Part shown: one piece after another, positions 38,496 to 48,462 of the stretch
Numbering within the stretch: position 1 is the first letter of the stretch
Layout of the letters: each line of letters begins with the position of its first letter
Source: Arenicellales bacterium
Lineage (GTDB): Bacteria; Pseudomonadota; Gammaproteobacteria; BMS3Bbin11
Reading direction: 5' to 3'
Assembly: GCA_048550195.1 (NCBI GenBank)
Contig: JBLYYR010000081.1
Location: 5,244 to 69,243, forward strand
Length of the DNA: 64,000 nt
Made by a program: the position numbers and the translations under genes
Notes under the pieces: model-generated
What the model was told of the DNA's origin: nothing
Database searches by the model: none
The model's input: only the letters and a program-made list of their open reading frames with translations

Positions 38496-38511
38496 TGGCA
38501 CGCAAATTGCT
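38496..38511 (+). promoter_or_regulatory. sigma-54 (-24/-12) promoter TGGCAC-gcaaa-TTGCT, ~50 bp upstream of the DUF3305 start codon
   Basis: Exact match to the TGGCAC-N5-TTGCW consensus with correct spacing. A sigma-54 activator gene lies nearby (29423..30910). Confidence 0.6.
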
Positions 38512-38559
38512 GTGACTGTATAGAACCTCAATTAAATTAATTCAATATTAAGGCAGGAA

Positions 38560-39087
38560 ATGACAGTCTCAGTTTCCCTGGATGTAACCGATATAAAGAT
38601 CCCGTTGTCTATGGCCGTATCTGTCGTTATGGAGTCTCGTCCATCTGCCAGTAGATGGATCGATGAAGAATGGTCAGTTGTCGGGGTAACTGTCGGGCAA
38701 TATGGAAATGACGTATCAAAACAATCAGCAAAAGTACTGATTGAACAAAATGGTATGAAGCAACTTCTATACAACGGCTTCAGTCTTACGCTGCATAAAG
38801 ATGAATGTGAGAGTTACTACCACAATCTGAAGTCACCTGAGCCGGGCTGTTATGTGATTGCCCGAAATGATAGCAATGAGATCCCGATACCTTATATTGT
38901 CTCGCTTAGCTTTGATGAAGCAAACGCCTACCTTGAATGTGAAGATACTGTCTTCACGACGTCAGTTCCACCTGAGTTGTATCGCTGGGTCGAACAATTT
39001 GTGCTGCTGAACTATGCACCGGAAAAGCGTGTCAGGCGTAAACGCAAAAACTGGAAAAACGCAGGCCGTGGACAGGTGAGCCAATGA
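38560..39087 (+). CDS. DUF3305-like protein (fdh-operon associated)
   Basis: First gene behind the sigma-54 promoter, with ATGA overlap to the next gene. Family assignment is from memory of the DUF3305/DUF3306 pair seen next to fdh genes. Confidence 0.45.
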   Translation: MTVSVSLDVTDIKIPLSMAVSVVMESRPSASRWIDEEWSVVGVTVGQYGNDVSKQSAKVLIEQNGMKQLLYNGFSLTLHKDECESYYHNLKSPEPGCYVIARNDSNEIPIPYIVSLSFDEANAYLECEDTVFTTSVPPELYRWVEQFVLLNYAPEKRVRRKRKNWKNAGRGQVSQ

Positions 39088-39698
39088 CAATTGGAGAAAG
39101 TGAAACAGATAAGAAGGCTATCGAGGACGAGGGGCTGCTAACGCGTTGGTCCAGGCGTAAACATGAAGCCAATGCTGACCCGGCGGACCCGGTGATAGGT
39201 ATGGAAGCACTGGCCATTCCAGTTGTGCTTGAGGAAGCTGAAGAGGATTTACCTGAAGACAGTGATATGCCTGCATTGGAAACTCTGGATGAAGACTCCG
39301 ACTACAGCGGTTTCATGTCACCAAAAGTCAGTGAAGGACTACGCACGCTAGCGCTGCGACAGTTGTTTCGCGGCAGCATGTTTAATATCCGCGATGGACT
39401 CGATGACTATGATGATGACTTTACTCAGTTCGCCAAGCTAGGCGATGTGGTTACAGCTGAAATGCGGCGCCAGATTGCGCGTTTGAAAGATGTTAACGAC
39501 GAAGAACTGGTCGAAGCAAGTGATGATGATCAGGACAGCGTAACCGATGTGTACGAAGAGCCACCATCCGAAGATATTTCAGAACTGTCCATCGATGTTG
39601 AGGCTAGTACCGGGCCGGATGAACAGCTAGTCGAGAAAGAGCAATTTAACGGGAAAGAAGATTCTGGAGAGAACCTGTATGCCAACAATGACAGATGA
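39084..39698 (+). CDS. DUF3306-like acidic protein (fdh-operon associated)
   Basis: Highly acidic (D/E-rich) 204-aa protein, translationally coupled on both sides. Confidence 0.45.
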   Translation: MTIGESETDKKAIEDEGLLTRWSRRKHEANADPADPVIGMEALAIPVVLEEAEEDLPEDSDMPALETLDEDSDYSGFMSPKVSEGLRTLALRQLFRGSMFNIRDGLDDYDDDFTQFAKLGDVVTAEMRRQIARLKDVNDEELVEASDDDQDSVTDVYEEPPSEDISELSIDVEASTGPDEQLVEKEQFNGKEDSGENLYANNDR

Positions 39699-41310
39699 AA
39701 AGTTAAACAGCTTTGCGCGAGATGTTGCCCTGGCTGCTTTGTCCGGGCTGGTTATAGAGCCAACTAGCCTTGTTACTTATGCTTCATCCGGTGTGGTTGC
39801 GGTCATTGGTGATGTGAGTGCCTGCAAGGCAGCATCAAAGATGAGAAGTGTACTGAAACCACACCTTATTCTTTCCGACGATAGCAGCTCAGCGGGTTTT
39901 ACATGCACTCGCATTCATCAACGAGATGTTCAGGTCGAGGGTTATCTTGGAAATTTCCTGATAACCCTGAAAGCAGAAAGTCCAGATGAGGTCGAAATCG
40001 TAAGGGCAGATCTGGTGCTTGATCTCAGTGATACTGCATTGTTATCGATGCCACTAAAACCGCCTGGCTATATGGATTGTGCGCCGACAGAGTCTGCTAT
40101 GCAGTCTGCCATAGATGAACTGGGGCAGATGACAGGGACGTTTGAGAAGCCAAAATATTTTGAATATGACGCGTCAATATGTGCCCATGGGCGTTCAGGT
40201 CTCACCGCCTGCAGACGTTGCATTGATGTCTGCCCTGCAGATGCGATAAGCAGTCTTCGGGAATCTATAGCAGTAAACCCTAACCTTTGCCAGGGAGGTG
40301 GCGCCTGTGCCAGTGCCTGTCCGAGTGGGGCAATTCGTTATGTTTACCCCTCTGCTGATGACACACTTACATTAATACGGCGTTTGCTGAAGGTGTATAG
40401 CGAAGAGGGCGGGCAGGATGCAATAGTGGTATTTCATGCCGCTGAAACAGAAATGCCGACCTCATACGCGAGTAATGTATTGCCAGTCTTCATTGAAGAA
40501 CTGGCCAGTGTCGGTATTGAAATCTGGATGTCGGCGTTAGCCTATGGTGCCAGAACGGTGTTGTTGCTGGATGATGACAGGGTGCCAGACCAGGTCCGCA
40601 AAGAATTAAAGAGACAACTCCTGACCTGCACAGAAATTCTGGGCGGCCTGGGCTACTCTGCAGATGCCATTCGCCTTATTGATAGTCACAATTTTGCACG
40701 TGCCTGCGAGCCTGAGATGCCAGAACTGAAGCCGGCTACATTTGCCGGCAGCGGCAACAAGCGGCAGACCGCCTACATGGCTATTGATGTTTTATATGAG
40801 CAGGCTTTGGCATCCGCAGATAAGCAGCCGCCGCTTATGGCGACACTTACGCCTGGAGCAGCTTTCGGCGAGGCCATAATCAATGCCTCAACCTGCACCT
40901 TGTGCATGTCCTGCGTCAGCGCCTGTCCCGGTAAGGCCTTGCAGAATGGACAGGATGTGCCACAGGTTTTGTTCATCGAGTCATTGTGTCTGCAATGCGG
41001 AATGTGCACTTGCACCTGTCCTGAAGGTGCTATCTCAATTTCTCCACGCATGCTGTTCGAGCGTGAACAGCGTAGCCACAGCAGGTCATTATACGAAGAG
41101 CCACCTTTTTGCTGCGTGTCCTGCGGTAAGGCCTTTGCAACAAAGTCAGTCATCGACAACATGATGGAAAAGCTCAGCGGGCACTGGATGTTTACCGACG
41201 AGCGAGCGAAACAGCGCCTGATGATGTGTGAGGATTGTCGCGTAGTGGATGTGATCCAGGATCCCGGGATGATGGAAAAGGGCCTTCAGCAGGGTCGAAT
41301 TACCCATTAA
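39679..41310 (+). CDS. multi-cluster 4Fe-4S ferredoxin-domain protein (fdh-operon associated)
   Basis: At least four CxxCxxC(xxx)CP-type motifs (..CRRCIDVCP.., ..CQGGGACASACP.., ..CTLCMSCVSACP.., ..CLQCGMCTCTCP..) plus a C-terminal CxxC...CxxC ribbon. Confidence 0.7.
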   Translation: MPTMTDEKLNSFARDVALAALSGLVIEPTSLVTYASSGVVAVIGDVSACKAASKMRSVLKPHLILSDDSSSAGFTCTRIHQRDVQVEGYLGNFLITLKAESPDEVEIVRADLVLDLSDTALLSMPLKPPGYMDCAPTESAMQSAIDELGQMTGTFEKPKYFEYDASICAHGRSGLTACRRCIDVCPADAISSLRESIAVNPNLCQGGGACASACPSGAIRYVYPSADDTLTLIRRLLKVYSEEGGQDAIVVFHAAETEMPTSYASNVLPVFIEELASVGIEIWMSALAYGARTVLLLDDDRVPDQVRKELKRQLLTCTEILGGLGYSADAIRLIDSHNFARACEPEMPELKPATFAGSGNKRQTAYMAIDVLYEQALASADKQPPLMATLTPGAAFGEAIINASTCTLCMSCVSACPGKALQNGQDVPQVLFIESLCLQCGMCTCTCPEGAISISPRMLFEREQRSHSRSLYEEPPFCCVSCGKAFATKSVIDNMMEKLSGHWMFTDERAKQRLMMCEDCRVVDVIQDPGMMEKGLQQGRITH

Positions 41311-41417
41311 GTCTTAAATTCGAATATGAAGCGGACTTTTATTCCATTTTGGTCATTATTTTCATTTAGATACTGGCGCGCTTATTGCACTAAATAACTT
41401 AAAAAGGAGAATTCTGA

Positions 41418-42062
41418 ATGCCCCAGACACAAGTTTTGGCAGGTGATGCCGATAGTAATCAGGTAATGGCCGGCTGGAATGAAAACCCCATCGCGCAAGA
41501 GCAGCAATATCGTGCGGCAGCCTACGGCATGCTGGCTGCCCTGTTACGGTCCGCGCCAGACCACGTGTTGATGAACCAGGTTTCCGGTTTCTCCGAAGTC
41601 GATGATGGCGGTGATGAAATGGCTGTTTCGATGTCTCTGCTGGGGCTTGCCGCAGCGAAATGTGCAGAGCAAACCATCGCAGAAGAATTTCATAACTTGT
41701 TCGTTGGCATTGGGCGAGGCGAACTGCTTCCTTACGGGTCGTATTACCTCACTGGTTTTCTGATGGAGAAACCATTGGGAGATTTACGCGATGATCTTGA
41801 TCAGCTGGGCTTCGAACGTGAGGTGGATGTGCATGAGCCTGAAGATCATATTTCAGCACTTTGTGAAGTGATGCTTATGCTTATTCAAGATGGTGCTAGC
41901 ACTGCTGTGCAGCGGGATTTTTTTGCAAAACATGTCGATAGCTGGGGGCAGGAGTTCTTTGCCGACCTGGCCGTTGCTAAAAATGCCGTGTTCTACAGGG
42001 CGGTTGCACGATTTGGCACAGCGTTCATGAGCATTGAGAAAAGTTATTTATTAGATGGGTGA
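41418..42062 (+). CDS. TorD/DmsD-family redox-enzyme maturation chaperone (putative FDH-specific)
   Basis: Size and helical pattern of the TorD family (..YR.AAY..LA.LL..P..); position directly upstream of the Tat-dependent catalytic subunit. Confidence 0.6.
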   Translation: MPQTQVLAGDADSNQVMAGWNENPIAQEQQYRAAAYGMLAALLRSAPDHVLMNQVSGFSEVDDGGDEMAVSMSLLGLAAAKCAEQTIAEEFHNLFVGIGRGELLPYGSYYLTGFLMEKPLGDLRDDLDQLGFEREVDVHEPEDHISALCEVMLMLIQDGASTAVQRDFFAKHVDSWGQEFFADLAVAKNAVFYRAVARFGTAFMSIEKSYLLDG

Positions 42063-42125
42063 CTTTAGCCACTCAATTGCAGGTACAGAATTAATCGATG
42101 ATCTTTCCTGTCAGGAGGAAACGGA

Positions 42126-42326
42126 ATGAAAAAGCAAGAAACGAAACGAACTAGCCGCAGGAAGTTTCTGCGTGACAGTGCTACAGCTGGTGCAGGTGCC
42201 GCCATGGTGGCCACATCGCCAGGTTCTGCACTCACCCTGACGGAAATAGAGCAAGAAAAGAAAAAATCTGAGGGCTACCGTATGACGGCGCATATCTCGG
42301 CCTACTACAAAACAGCCGCTGAATAA
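42126..42326 (+). CDS. small twin-arginine (Tat) signal protein of formate dehydrogenase regions
   Basis: 66 aa; SRRKFLRDSATAGAGAAMVA is a Tat signal. A small Tat-signal protein in this position is a known feature of fdh loci. Confidence 0.6.
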   Translation: MKKQETKRTSRRKFLRDSATAGAGAAMVATSPGSALTLTEIEQEKKKSEGYRMTAHISAYYKTAAE

Positions 42327-42354
42327 ATACGTATACGGTAACAGGAGAAGAGTA

Positions 42355-45252
42355 ATGAAACTGACGAAAACGTCTGATCAGATGATGCAAAACAGGAACA
42401 ACCACTCGGCTACATCTGCAGGTGGAGGCCTGGCGGTGTCTCGACGTGGATTTCTGCGCAACTCTGGCTTGATGGCGGGTGGTGCAGCACTTGCCACTAC
42501 CTTAACACCCGGGATGATGAAGAAGGCCCGGGCCAGTACTGGCACAGAAGCGGGTGGCAATACTAATGAGATCAAAACAATCTGTACACACTGCTCAGTA
42601 GGCTGCGGCATACTGGCGGAAGTGCAGAATGGTGTGTGGACCGGGCAGGAACCAGCTTTCGACCATCCCTTCAATCACGGTGGGCATTGCGCTAAAGGTG
42701 CTGCTGTACGTGAGCACGGACACGGTGAGCGCCGTCTGAAATATCCAACCAAGCGGGTCAATGGCAAGTGGACCAAAATCTCCTGGGAGCAGGCCATCGA
42801 TGAAGTCGGTGACAAGATACTGCAGAGCCGTGAACAATCCGGCCCTGATTCTGTTTACTGGCTGGGATCGGCCAAGTTCAACAATGAACAGGCCTATTTA
42901 TTCAGGAAGCTTGCCGCCGTCTGGGGTACCAATAACGTCGACCACCAGGCACGCATCTGTCATTCCACCACGGTAGCCGGGGTGGCCAATACATGGGGCT
43001 ACGGTGCCATGACTAACTCTTACAACGATATTCACAATTCAAAATCTATCCTGATGATTGGTGCAAATCCGGCAGAAGCGCACCCGGTATCATTGCAGCA
43101 TGTATTCAAGGGCAAAGAAGAAAACAACGCGCCGCTCGTTGTCATCGATCCGCGCTTTACTCGTACGGCCGCGCATGCTGATCATTTCCTGCGCATCCGT
43201 CCTGGTACGGACGTGCCTGTGATCTGGGGAATGTTATGGCATATCTTCGAGAATGGCTGGGAAGATAAGGAGTTCATCCGCCAGCGTGTTTATGGCATGG
43301 AAGAGGTGAAGAAAGAGGTGGCCAAATGGACCCCCGATGAAGTCGAACGGGTTGCTGGCGTAGGAGAGGCCGAAGTGCGTGCGGCAACCAAGGCCATGGC
43401 TGACAACCGCCCGGGAACCTTTATCTGGTGTATGGGTGGTACCCAGCACACGATTGGTAATAATAATACCCGTGCCTACTGTACCTTCCAGCTGGCGCTG
43501 GGCAATATGGGCGTTTCCGGTGGCGGAACCAATATTTTCCGCGGCCATGACAATGTTCAGGGTGCCACAGACTTCTGCATATTGTCCCATTCACTGCCTG
43601 GATACTATGGTTTGTCCAGTGGTGCCTGGAAGCATTGGGCCGGGGTGTGGGGCCTCGATGTGGAATGGCTCAAGGGTCAGTTTGATCCAGCCAGCTATGA
43701 ACAAAGCAAAGGCAAGGATGTTACTGCCATGCACACCAAGGGTATCCCGGTATCACGCTGGATAGATGGGGTTCTCGAAGATAAGGAAAACATTGCCCAG
43801 AAAGACAATATTCGTGCCATGATTTTCTGGGGGCATGCGCCGAACAGCCAAACCCGCGGCAAAGAAATGAAAGAGGCGATGGAGAAGCTCGATACATTGG
43901 TCATCATCGATCCCTATCCAACCGCTTCTGCCGTCATGCACGACCGCACCGATGGCGTCTACCTGCTGCCAGCATGCACACAATTTGAAACCTATGGTTC
44001 GGTGACGGCTTCTAATCGTTCTTTGCAATGGCGCGACAAGGTTATAGAACCATTATTTGAATCCTTGCCGGACCACACCATAATGTACAAACTGGCCAAC
44101 AAACTTGGCCTGGCTGAGCAGCTGTGCAAGAACATTGAAGTGAAAAATGATGAACCGGTAATTGAAGATATTACCCGGGAATTCAATAGGGGCATGTGGA
44201 CAATAGGCTATTCAGGACAGAGTCCTGAACGTATGAAGAAGCATCAACAGAACTGGGGCAACTTCGACTACACCTCACTGAAAGCAGAGGGCGGCCCGTG
44301 TGACGGGGAATACTATGGCCTGCCATGGCCATGCTGGGGTACGCCTGAGATGGGGCATCCCGGTACTCCAAATCTCTATGATGGCAGCAAGTCGGTGGCC
44401 GACGGTGGATTAACGTTTAGGGCCCGGTTTGGCGTAGAGCATGATGGCGTTAATCTTCTTGCCGAAAGTTTTCATTCCAAAGGCTCGGACATCAAGGATG
44501 GTTATCCCGAATTTACCGACAAGATGTTGAAGAAGCTTGGGTGGTGGGATGACCTGAGCACTGATGAGAAAGCTGCCGCAGAAGGCAAAAACTGGAAGAC
44601 GGACATGTCGGGAGGTATCCAGCGTGTTGCCATCAAACATGGATGTGCTCCCTTTGGCAATGCCAAAGCGAGAACCGTGGTCTGGACCTTCCCTGACCCG
44701 GTACCGATACACAGAGAGCCTCTTTACACCTCGAGGCGAGACCTGGTCGAGAAATATCCCACCTATGAGGACCGCAAGTCTTTCTACCGCTTGCCAACAC
44801 GTTACGGTTCGATACAGGCAAAAGATTACTCAAAAGATTATCCGATAATCCTGACGTCCGGGCGGCTGGTTGAGTACGAAGGCGGTGGTGATGAAACCCG
44901 ATCCAACCCGTGGCTGGCTGAACTGCAGCAGGACATGTTCGTAGAGATGAACCCGCGCGATGCCAATAATAATGGTGTCAAGGATGGAGACGATGTGTGG
45001 CTTGAAGGGGCAGAAGGAGCAAAACTGAAAGTTAAAGCAATGGTTACCCGCAGGGTGGCTGCTGGAGTGGCTTTCATGCCATTCCACTTTGCCGGGCATT
45101 TCGAAGGCAAGGATCTGCGCAGTAAATATCCGGAAGGGTCAGACCCTATTGTCCTTGGTGAAGCCTGCAATACGGCGATGACCTACGGCTACGACTCAGT
45201 TACCCAGATGCAGGAGTCCAAAGCGTCCCTGTGCCGAATTACTAAAGCTTGA
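42355..45252 (+). CDS. fdhA: formate dehydrogenase catalytic (alpha) subunit, Mo/W-bis-PGD, Tat-exported, cysteine-type (no selenocysteine)
   Basis: Tat motif SRRGFLRNS. N-terminal 4Fe-4S CTHCSVGCG. ..HQARICHSTTVAG.. has Cys where Sec-type enzymes carry TGA. The frame is continuous over 965 codons. Confidence 0.9.
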   Translation: MKLTKTSDQMMQNRNNHSATSAGGGLAVSRRGFLRNSGLMAGGAALATTLTPGMMKKARASTGTEAGGNTNEIKTICTHCSVGCGILAEVQNGVWTGQEPAFDHPFNHGGHCAKGAAVREHGHGERRLKYPTKRVNGKWTKISWEQAIDEVGDKILQSREQSGPDSVYWLGSAKFNNEQAYLFRKLAAVWGTNNVDHQARICHSTTVAGVANTWGYGAMTNSYNDIHNSKSILMIGANPAEAHPVSLQHVFKGKEENNAPLVVIDPRFTRTAAHADHFLRIRPGTDVPVIWGMLWHIFENGWEDKEFIRQRVYGMEEVKKEVAKWTPDEVERVAGVGEAEVRAATKAMADNRPGTFIWCMGGTQHTIGNNNTRAYCTFQLALGNMGVSGGGTNIFRGHDNVQGATDFCILSHSLPGYYGLSSGAWKHWAGVWGLDVEWLKGQFDPASYEQSKGKDVTAMHTKGIPVSRWIDGVLEDKENIAQKDNIRAMIFWGHAPNSQTRGKEMKEAMEKLDTLVIIDPYPTASAVMHDRTDGVYLLPACTQFETYGSVTASNRSLQWRDKVIEPLFESLPDHTIMYKLANKLGLAEQLCKNIEVKNDEPVIEDITREFNRGMWTIGYSGQSPERMKKHQQNWGNFDYTSLKAEGGPCDGEYYGLPWPCWGTPEMGHPGTPNLYDGSKSVADGGLTFRARFGVEHDGVNLLAESFHSKGSDIKDGYPEFTDKMLKKLGWWDDLSTDEKAAAEGKNWKTDMSGGIQRVAIKHGCAPFGNAKARTVVWTFPDPVPIHREPLYTSRRDLVEKYPTYEDRKSFYRLPTRYGSIQAKDYSKDYPIILTSGRLVEYEGGGDETRSNPWLAELQQDMFVEMNPRDANNNGVKDGDDVWLEGAEGAKLKVKAMVTRRVAAGVAFMPFHFAGHFEGKDLRSKYPEGSDPIVLGEACNTAMTYGYDSVTQMQESKASLCRITKA

Positions 45253-45270
45253 TAACGGGAGTAAAGCAAA

Positions 45271-45894
45271 ATGGCAGCTATGAAATTTTATTGTGACGCT
45301 GAGCGCTGTATCGAGTGCAACGGTTGTGTTACGGCATGTAAAAACGTGAATGAGGTACCCTGGGGTGTCAACAGACGACGTGTCGTCACCATCAATGATG
45401 GAGAACCCGGCGAGCGCTCTTTATCGGTGGCCTGCATGCACTGCGCGGATGCACCTTGCGCTGCAGTTTGTCCGGTGGATTGTTTCTACACAACAGACGA
45501 CGGCATTGTTCTGCATGATAAGGATATCTGCATCGGCTGTGGTTACTGTTTTTATGCCTGCCCGTTTGGTGCGCCGCAGTTTCCAGCAGATGGCGCTTTT
45601 GCATCACGCGGAAAGATGGATAAATGTACTTTCTGTGCAGGCGGGCCATTAGAGGATAGCAGCAGTGAGGAATTCAGGAAATACGGCTCAAACCGCATAG
45701 CAGAAGGCAAGTTGCCGGCTTGTGCTGAAATGTGTGCGACCAAGGCCCTGCTTGCTGGCGATGCCGATATGGTTTCAGAAATCTATCGCAAGCGTGTCGT
45801 CAATCGTGCACAGGCAGCGCTAGACAAAGGAGCTCAGCTACGACAAAGAAACTTTGGTTCTAAAACTAACCTGGAAGGCAAAGTGACGAACTGA
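45271..45894 (+). CDS. fdhB: formate dehydrogenase iron-sulfur (beta) subunit
   Basis: Four ferredoxin-type Cys clusters (..CIECNGCVTAC.., ..CMHCADAPC.., ..CIGCGYCFYACP.., ..CTFCAGG..C). Confidence 0.8.
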   Translation: MAAMKFYCDAERCIECNGCVTACKNVNEVPWGVNRRRVVTINDGEPGERSLSVACMHCADAPCAAVCPVDCFYTTDDGIVLHDKDICIGCGYCFYACPFGAPQFPADGAFASRGKMDKCTFCAGGPLEDSSSEEFRKYGSNRIAEGKLPACAEMCATKALLAGDADMVSEIYRKRVVNRAQAALDKGAQLRQRNFGSKTNLEGKVTN

Positions 45895-45969
45895 TCTTTT
45901 CTGATAACGTTTCTTCACAAAGAAGAGAGCAAGGGCAAGAACAGCTGACAAAATGGAGCACTGTGACAA

Positions 45970-47016
45970 ATGCGTATGACAACAACTAAGTCCAGCCACG
46001 GTCACCAAATGATAAAGGGGATGCTCGCCACGGTTCTGCTGGTTTTGATTTTGCCTTTGCTGCCGTACGTATTTGCTGTCAATACAGATGTTTCATCACC
46101 TGTTGCGGGCTCCGTTCCTAACCCGGGTGCAGATTTATGGCGTGCAGTGAGACAACGAGACGGTGTTATTACTGGCAGCTCTCAGGTTAAAGGTGTTGAG
46201 ACGGGTGTACTTATCAGTCCGGCAGGTAAGGCCTGGTTAGAATTTCGTAGAGATAAGCTAATACCATACAGCGCCTATGTTTTTGCGGGCATCGCCTCCG
46301 CCCTGTTGCTTTATTTCCTGTTGCACGGACGTATACGAATCAAGGCTGGGCGATCCGGAGTCCGGGTAGCGCGCTATTCGCGCTATGAACGCTGGGTTCA
46401 CTGGATAATGGTAGCTGTGTTTATGACGCTGGCATTAACAGGTGTAATTCTCCTTTATGGCCGGTTTGTTCTGATCCCGCTACTTGGTCCGGAGGGTTTT
46501 CATGTAACGGCTCAGATAAGTAAATGGCTACACGACATTATGGGCCCCATATTCATCGTTTCCCTGATTGTGATGACCTTTACATTTTTTCACGAGGCGT
46601 TGTATCGTTGCAAGGTTGATATGATCTGGCTTTTGCGGGTAGGGGGTTACCTGGGTGGGAAGCACCCCAGTTCAGGCAAGATCAATGCCGGGCAGAAGTC
46701 ATGGTATTGGGCAGTTGTTCTGGGCGGCATAGTATTGATAGGCAGCGGTCTGGTGATGTATTTCCCGAATTTTCAGCAGGGGCGTGAGATCATGCAGAAT
46801 GCTAATATTATACACGGGCTTGCCGCTGTCTTTGTTGTTGCATTTTTGTTCATACACATCTACCTCGCTTCGGTCGGGATGGAGGGCTCTCTGGAGTGTA
46901 TGACTCGTGGCGATTGCGACGAGAACTGGGCCAAAGAGCAACATGATCTCTGGTACGAAGAGATGAAGCAAGAAGGCAGAACAGGCCCCCAATCCAATAC
47001 AGAGAACCAGGCGTAG
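45970..47016 (+). CDS. fdhC: formate dehydrogenase cytochrome b (gamma) subunit with N-terminal extension
   Basis: The C-terminal ~220 aa form a 4-5 TM cytochrome b with conserved His (..RWVHW.., ..HD..GP.., ..IHGLAA..IH..). Stop TAG. Confidence 0.7.
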   Translation: MRMTTTKSSHGHQMIKGMLATVLLVLILPLLPYVFAVNTDVSSPVAGSVPNPGADLWRAVRQRDGVITGSSQVKGVETGVLISPAGKAWLEFRRDKLIPYSAYVFAGIASALLLYFLLHGRIRIKAGRSGVRVARYSRYERWVHWIMVAVFMTLALTGVILLYGRFVLIPLLGPEGFHVTAQISKWLHDIMGPIFIVSLIVMTFTFFHEALYRCKVDMIWLLRVGGYLGGKHPSSGKINAGQKSWYWAVVLGGIVLIGSGLVMYFPNFQQGREIMQNANIIHGLAAVFVVAFLFIHIYLASVGMEGSLECMTRGDCDENWAKEQHDLWYEEMKQEGRTGPQSNTENQA

Positions 47017-47195
47017 TCAGCAGACTGCAGTTTTTCCATTCGCAATATCATCGGGTCCTTAAAATCTCCTTCATCCATGTGCAGAAGGTTCTCTTTTCTG
47101 TGTTGATTCTCCTGCGTATGCGGGATGTTCTGTCTATGGAATATGATAGACTTTCATGAATTACAGAACCATTCTAAATTATGCAGGAGATTTAA

Positions 47196-47933
47196 ATGGC
47201 CGGACACAGTAAATGGGCCAATATTCGCTTTCGCAAGGGTGCTCAGGACGCCAAGCGCGGCAAGTTATTTACCAAATTCATACGGGAAATTACCGTTGCC
47301 GCACGCATGGGAGGTGGCGACCCGGATTCTAATCCCCGTCTCAGGGCTGCGATTGATAAAGGCCTGACCAATAACATGAAAAGAGACACCATCGAGAAAG
47401 CGGTCAAGCGTGGTACCGGTGATCTGGAAGGTGTTAATTATGAAGAAGTTCGTTATGAAGGTTACGGCACAGCAGGGGTAGCGATTCTGGTTGATTGCAT
47501 GACTGATAACCACAATCGCACTGTCAGTGAAGTACGCCATGCTTTCAGTAAGTACAACGGAAACCTGGGTACAGATGGCTCAGTAGCCTATTTGTTTAGC
47601 AAGATGGGTGTGATTGGTTTTCCTGCAGGAAGCGATGAAGAAGTGATTATGGATGCGGCGCTGGAAGCCGGTGCTGATGACGTCTTGACAGATGATGATG
47701 GCTCGATGGAGGTGCTGACCTCACCTGAGGCCTTCCACGATGTTAAAAAAGCACTGGATGAAGTGGGGCAGTCCGCCGAGTATGCAGAAATTACAGAGCG
47801 AGCTTCAATAGAAACTGCACTGGATACCGAAAATGCCGAAAAGCTGATGCGTTTGATTGATGCGCTGGAGGATCTGGACGATGTGCAGGAAGTACATTCT
47901 AATGCCACTTTTCCGGATGATTTTGAAGGTTGA
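47196..47933 (+). CDS. yebC: YebC/PmpR family DNA-binding transcriptional regulator
   Basis: [40 protein letters not shown]. Confidence 0.9.
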   Translation: MAGHSKWANIRFRKGAQDAKRGKLFTKFIREITVAARMGGGDPDSNPRLRAAIDKGLTNNMKRDTIEKAVKRGTGDLEGVNYEEVRYEGYGTAGVAILVDCMTDNHNRTVSEVRHAFSKYNGNLGTDGSVAYLFSKMGVIGFPAGSDEEVIMDAALEAGADDVLTDDDGSMEVLTSPEAFHDVKKALDEVGQSAEYAEITERASIETALDTENAEKLMRLIDALEDLDDVQEVHSNATFPDDFEG

Positions 47934-47949
47934 TCAGGGGCGGGGCTAG

Positions 47950-48462
47950 TTGATGAGAGTTATTGGAGTTGACCCGGGTTCGCGCATTACTGGTTTTGGT
48001 GTAATTGAAATAGAAAATGGCAGACTGCGCTATGTCACCAGTGGCTGCATAAAAATGAAGGACCAGGCCCTGCCGGCAAGACTAAGGACCATCTTTGAAG
48101 AGATGTCTGAGGTGATTAAGAATTCCAGGCCTGATTTTATGGCGATAGAAGAAGTTTTTGTCTCCCACAATGCCCGATCGGCTCTCATCCTTGGACAGGC
48201 AAGAGGGGCCGCAATATCTGCGGGTGTAAGCAAAGACCTGGCAGTAGGTGAATACACGGCTCTGCAAATAAAGAAGTCGGTAGTCGGCTACGGTCAGGCA
48301 GATAAGGCCCAGGTGCAGCACATGGTCCGAACTATACTCGCACTTGATGGTGTGCCTCAGGAAGATGCGGCCGATGCACTCGCCTGTGCGATTTGTCATA
48401 GTCACACACTGGAGCACAATCATCGTATGAGTAAACAGCAGGGAATGAATACACGCCCATGA
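47950..48462 (+). CDS. ruvC: crossover junction endodeoxyribonuclease RuvC
   Basis: ..RVIGVDPGSRITGFGVIE.. and catalytic acidic residues; the yebC-ruvCAB order is conserved. Confidence 0.9.
   Translation: MMRVIGVDPGSRITGFGVIEIENGRLRYVTSGCIKMKDQALPARLRTIFEEMSEVIKNSRPDFMAIEEVFVSHNARSALILGQARGAAISAGVSKDLAVGEYTALQIKKSVVGYGQADKAQVQHMVRTILALDGVPQEDAADALACAICHSHTLEHNHRMSKQQGMNTRP

Noticed and set aside
42355-45252. Searched fdhA for an in-frame TGA selenocysteine codon and a downstream SECIS hairpin
   Set aside because: The frame is continuous. The catalytic position reads ARICHST with Cys, so this is a cysteine-type enzyme.
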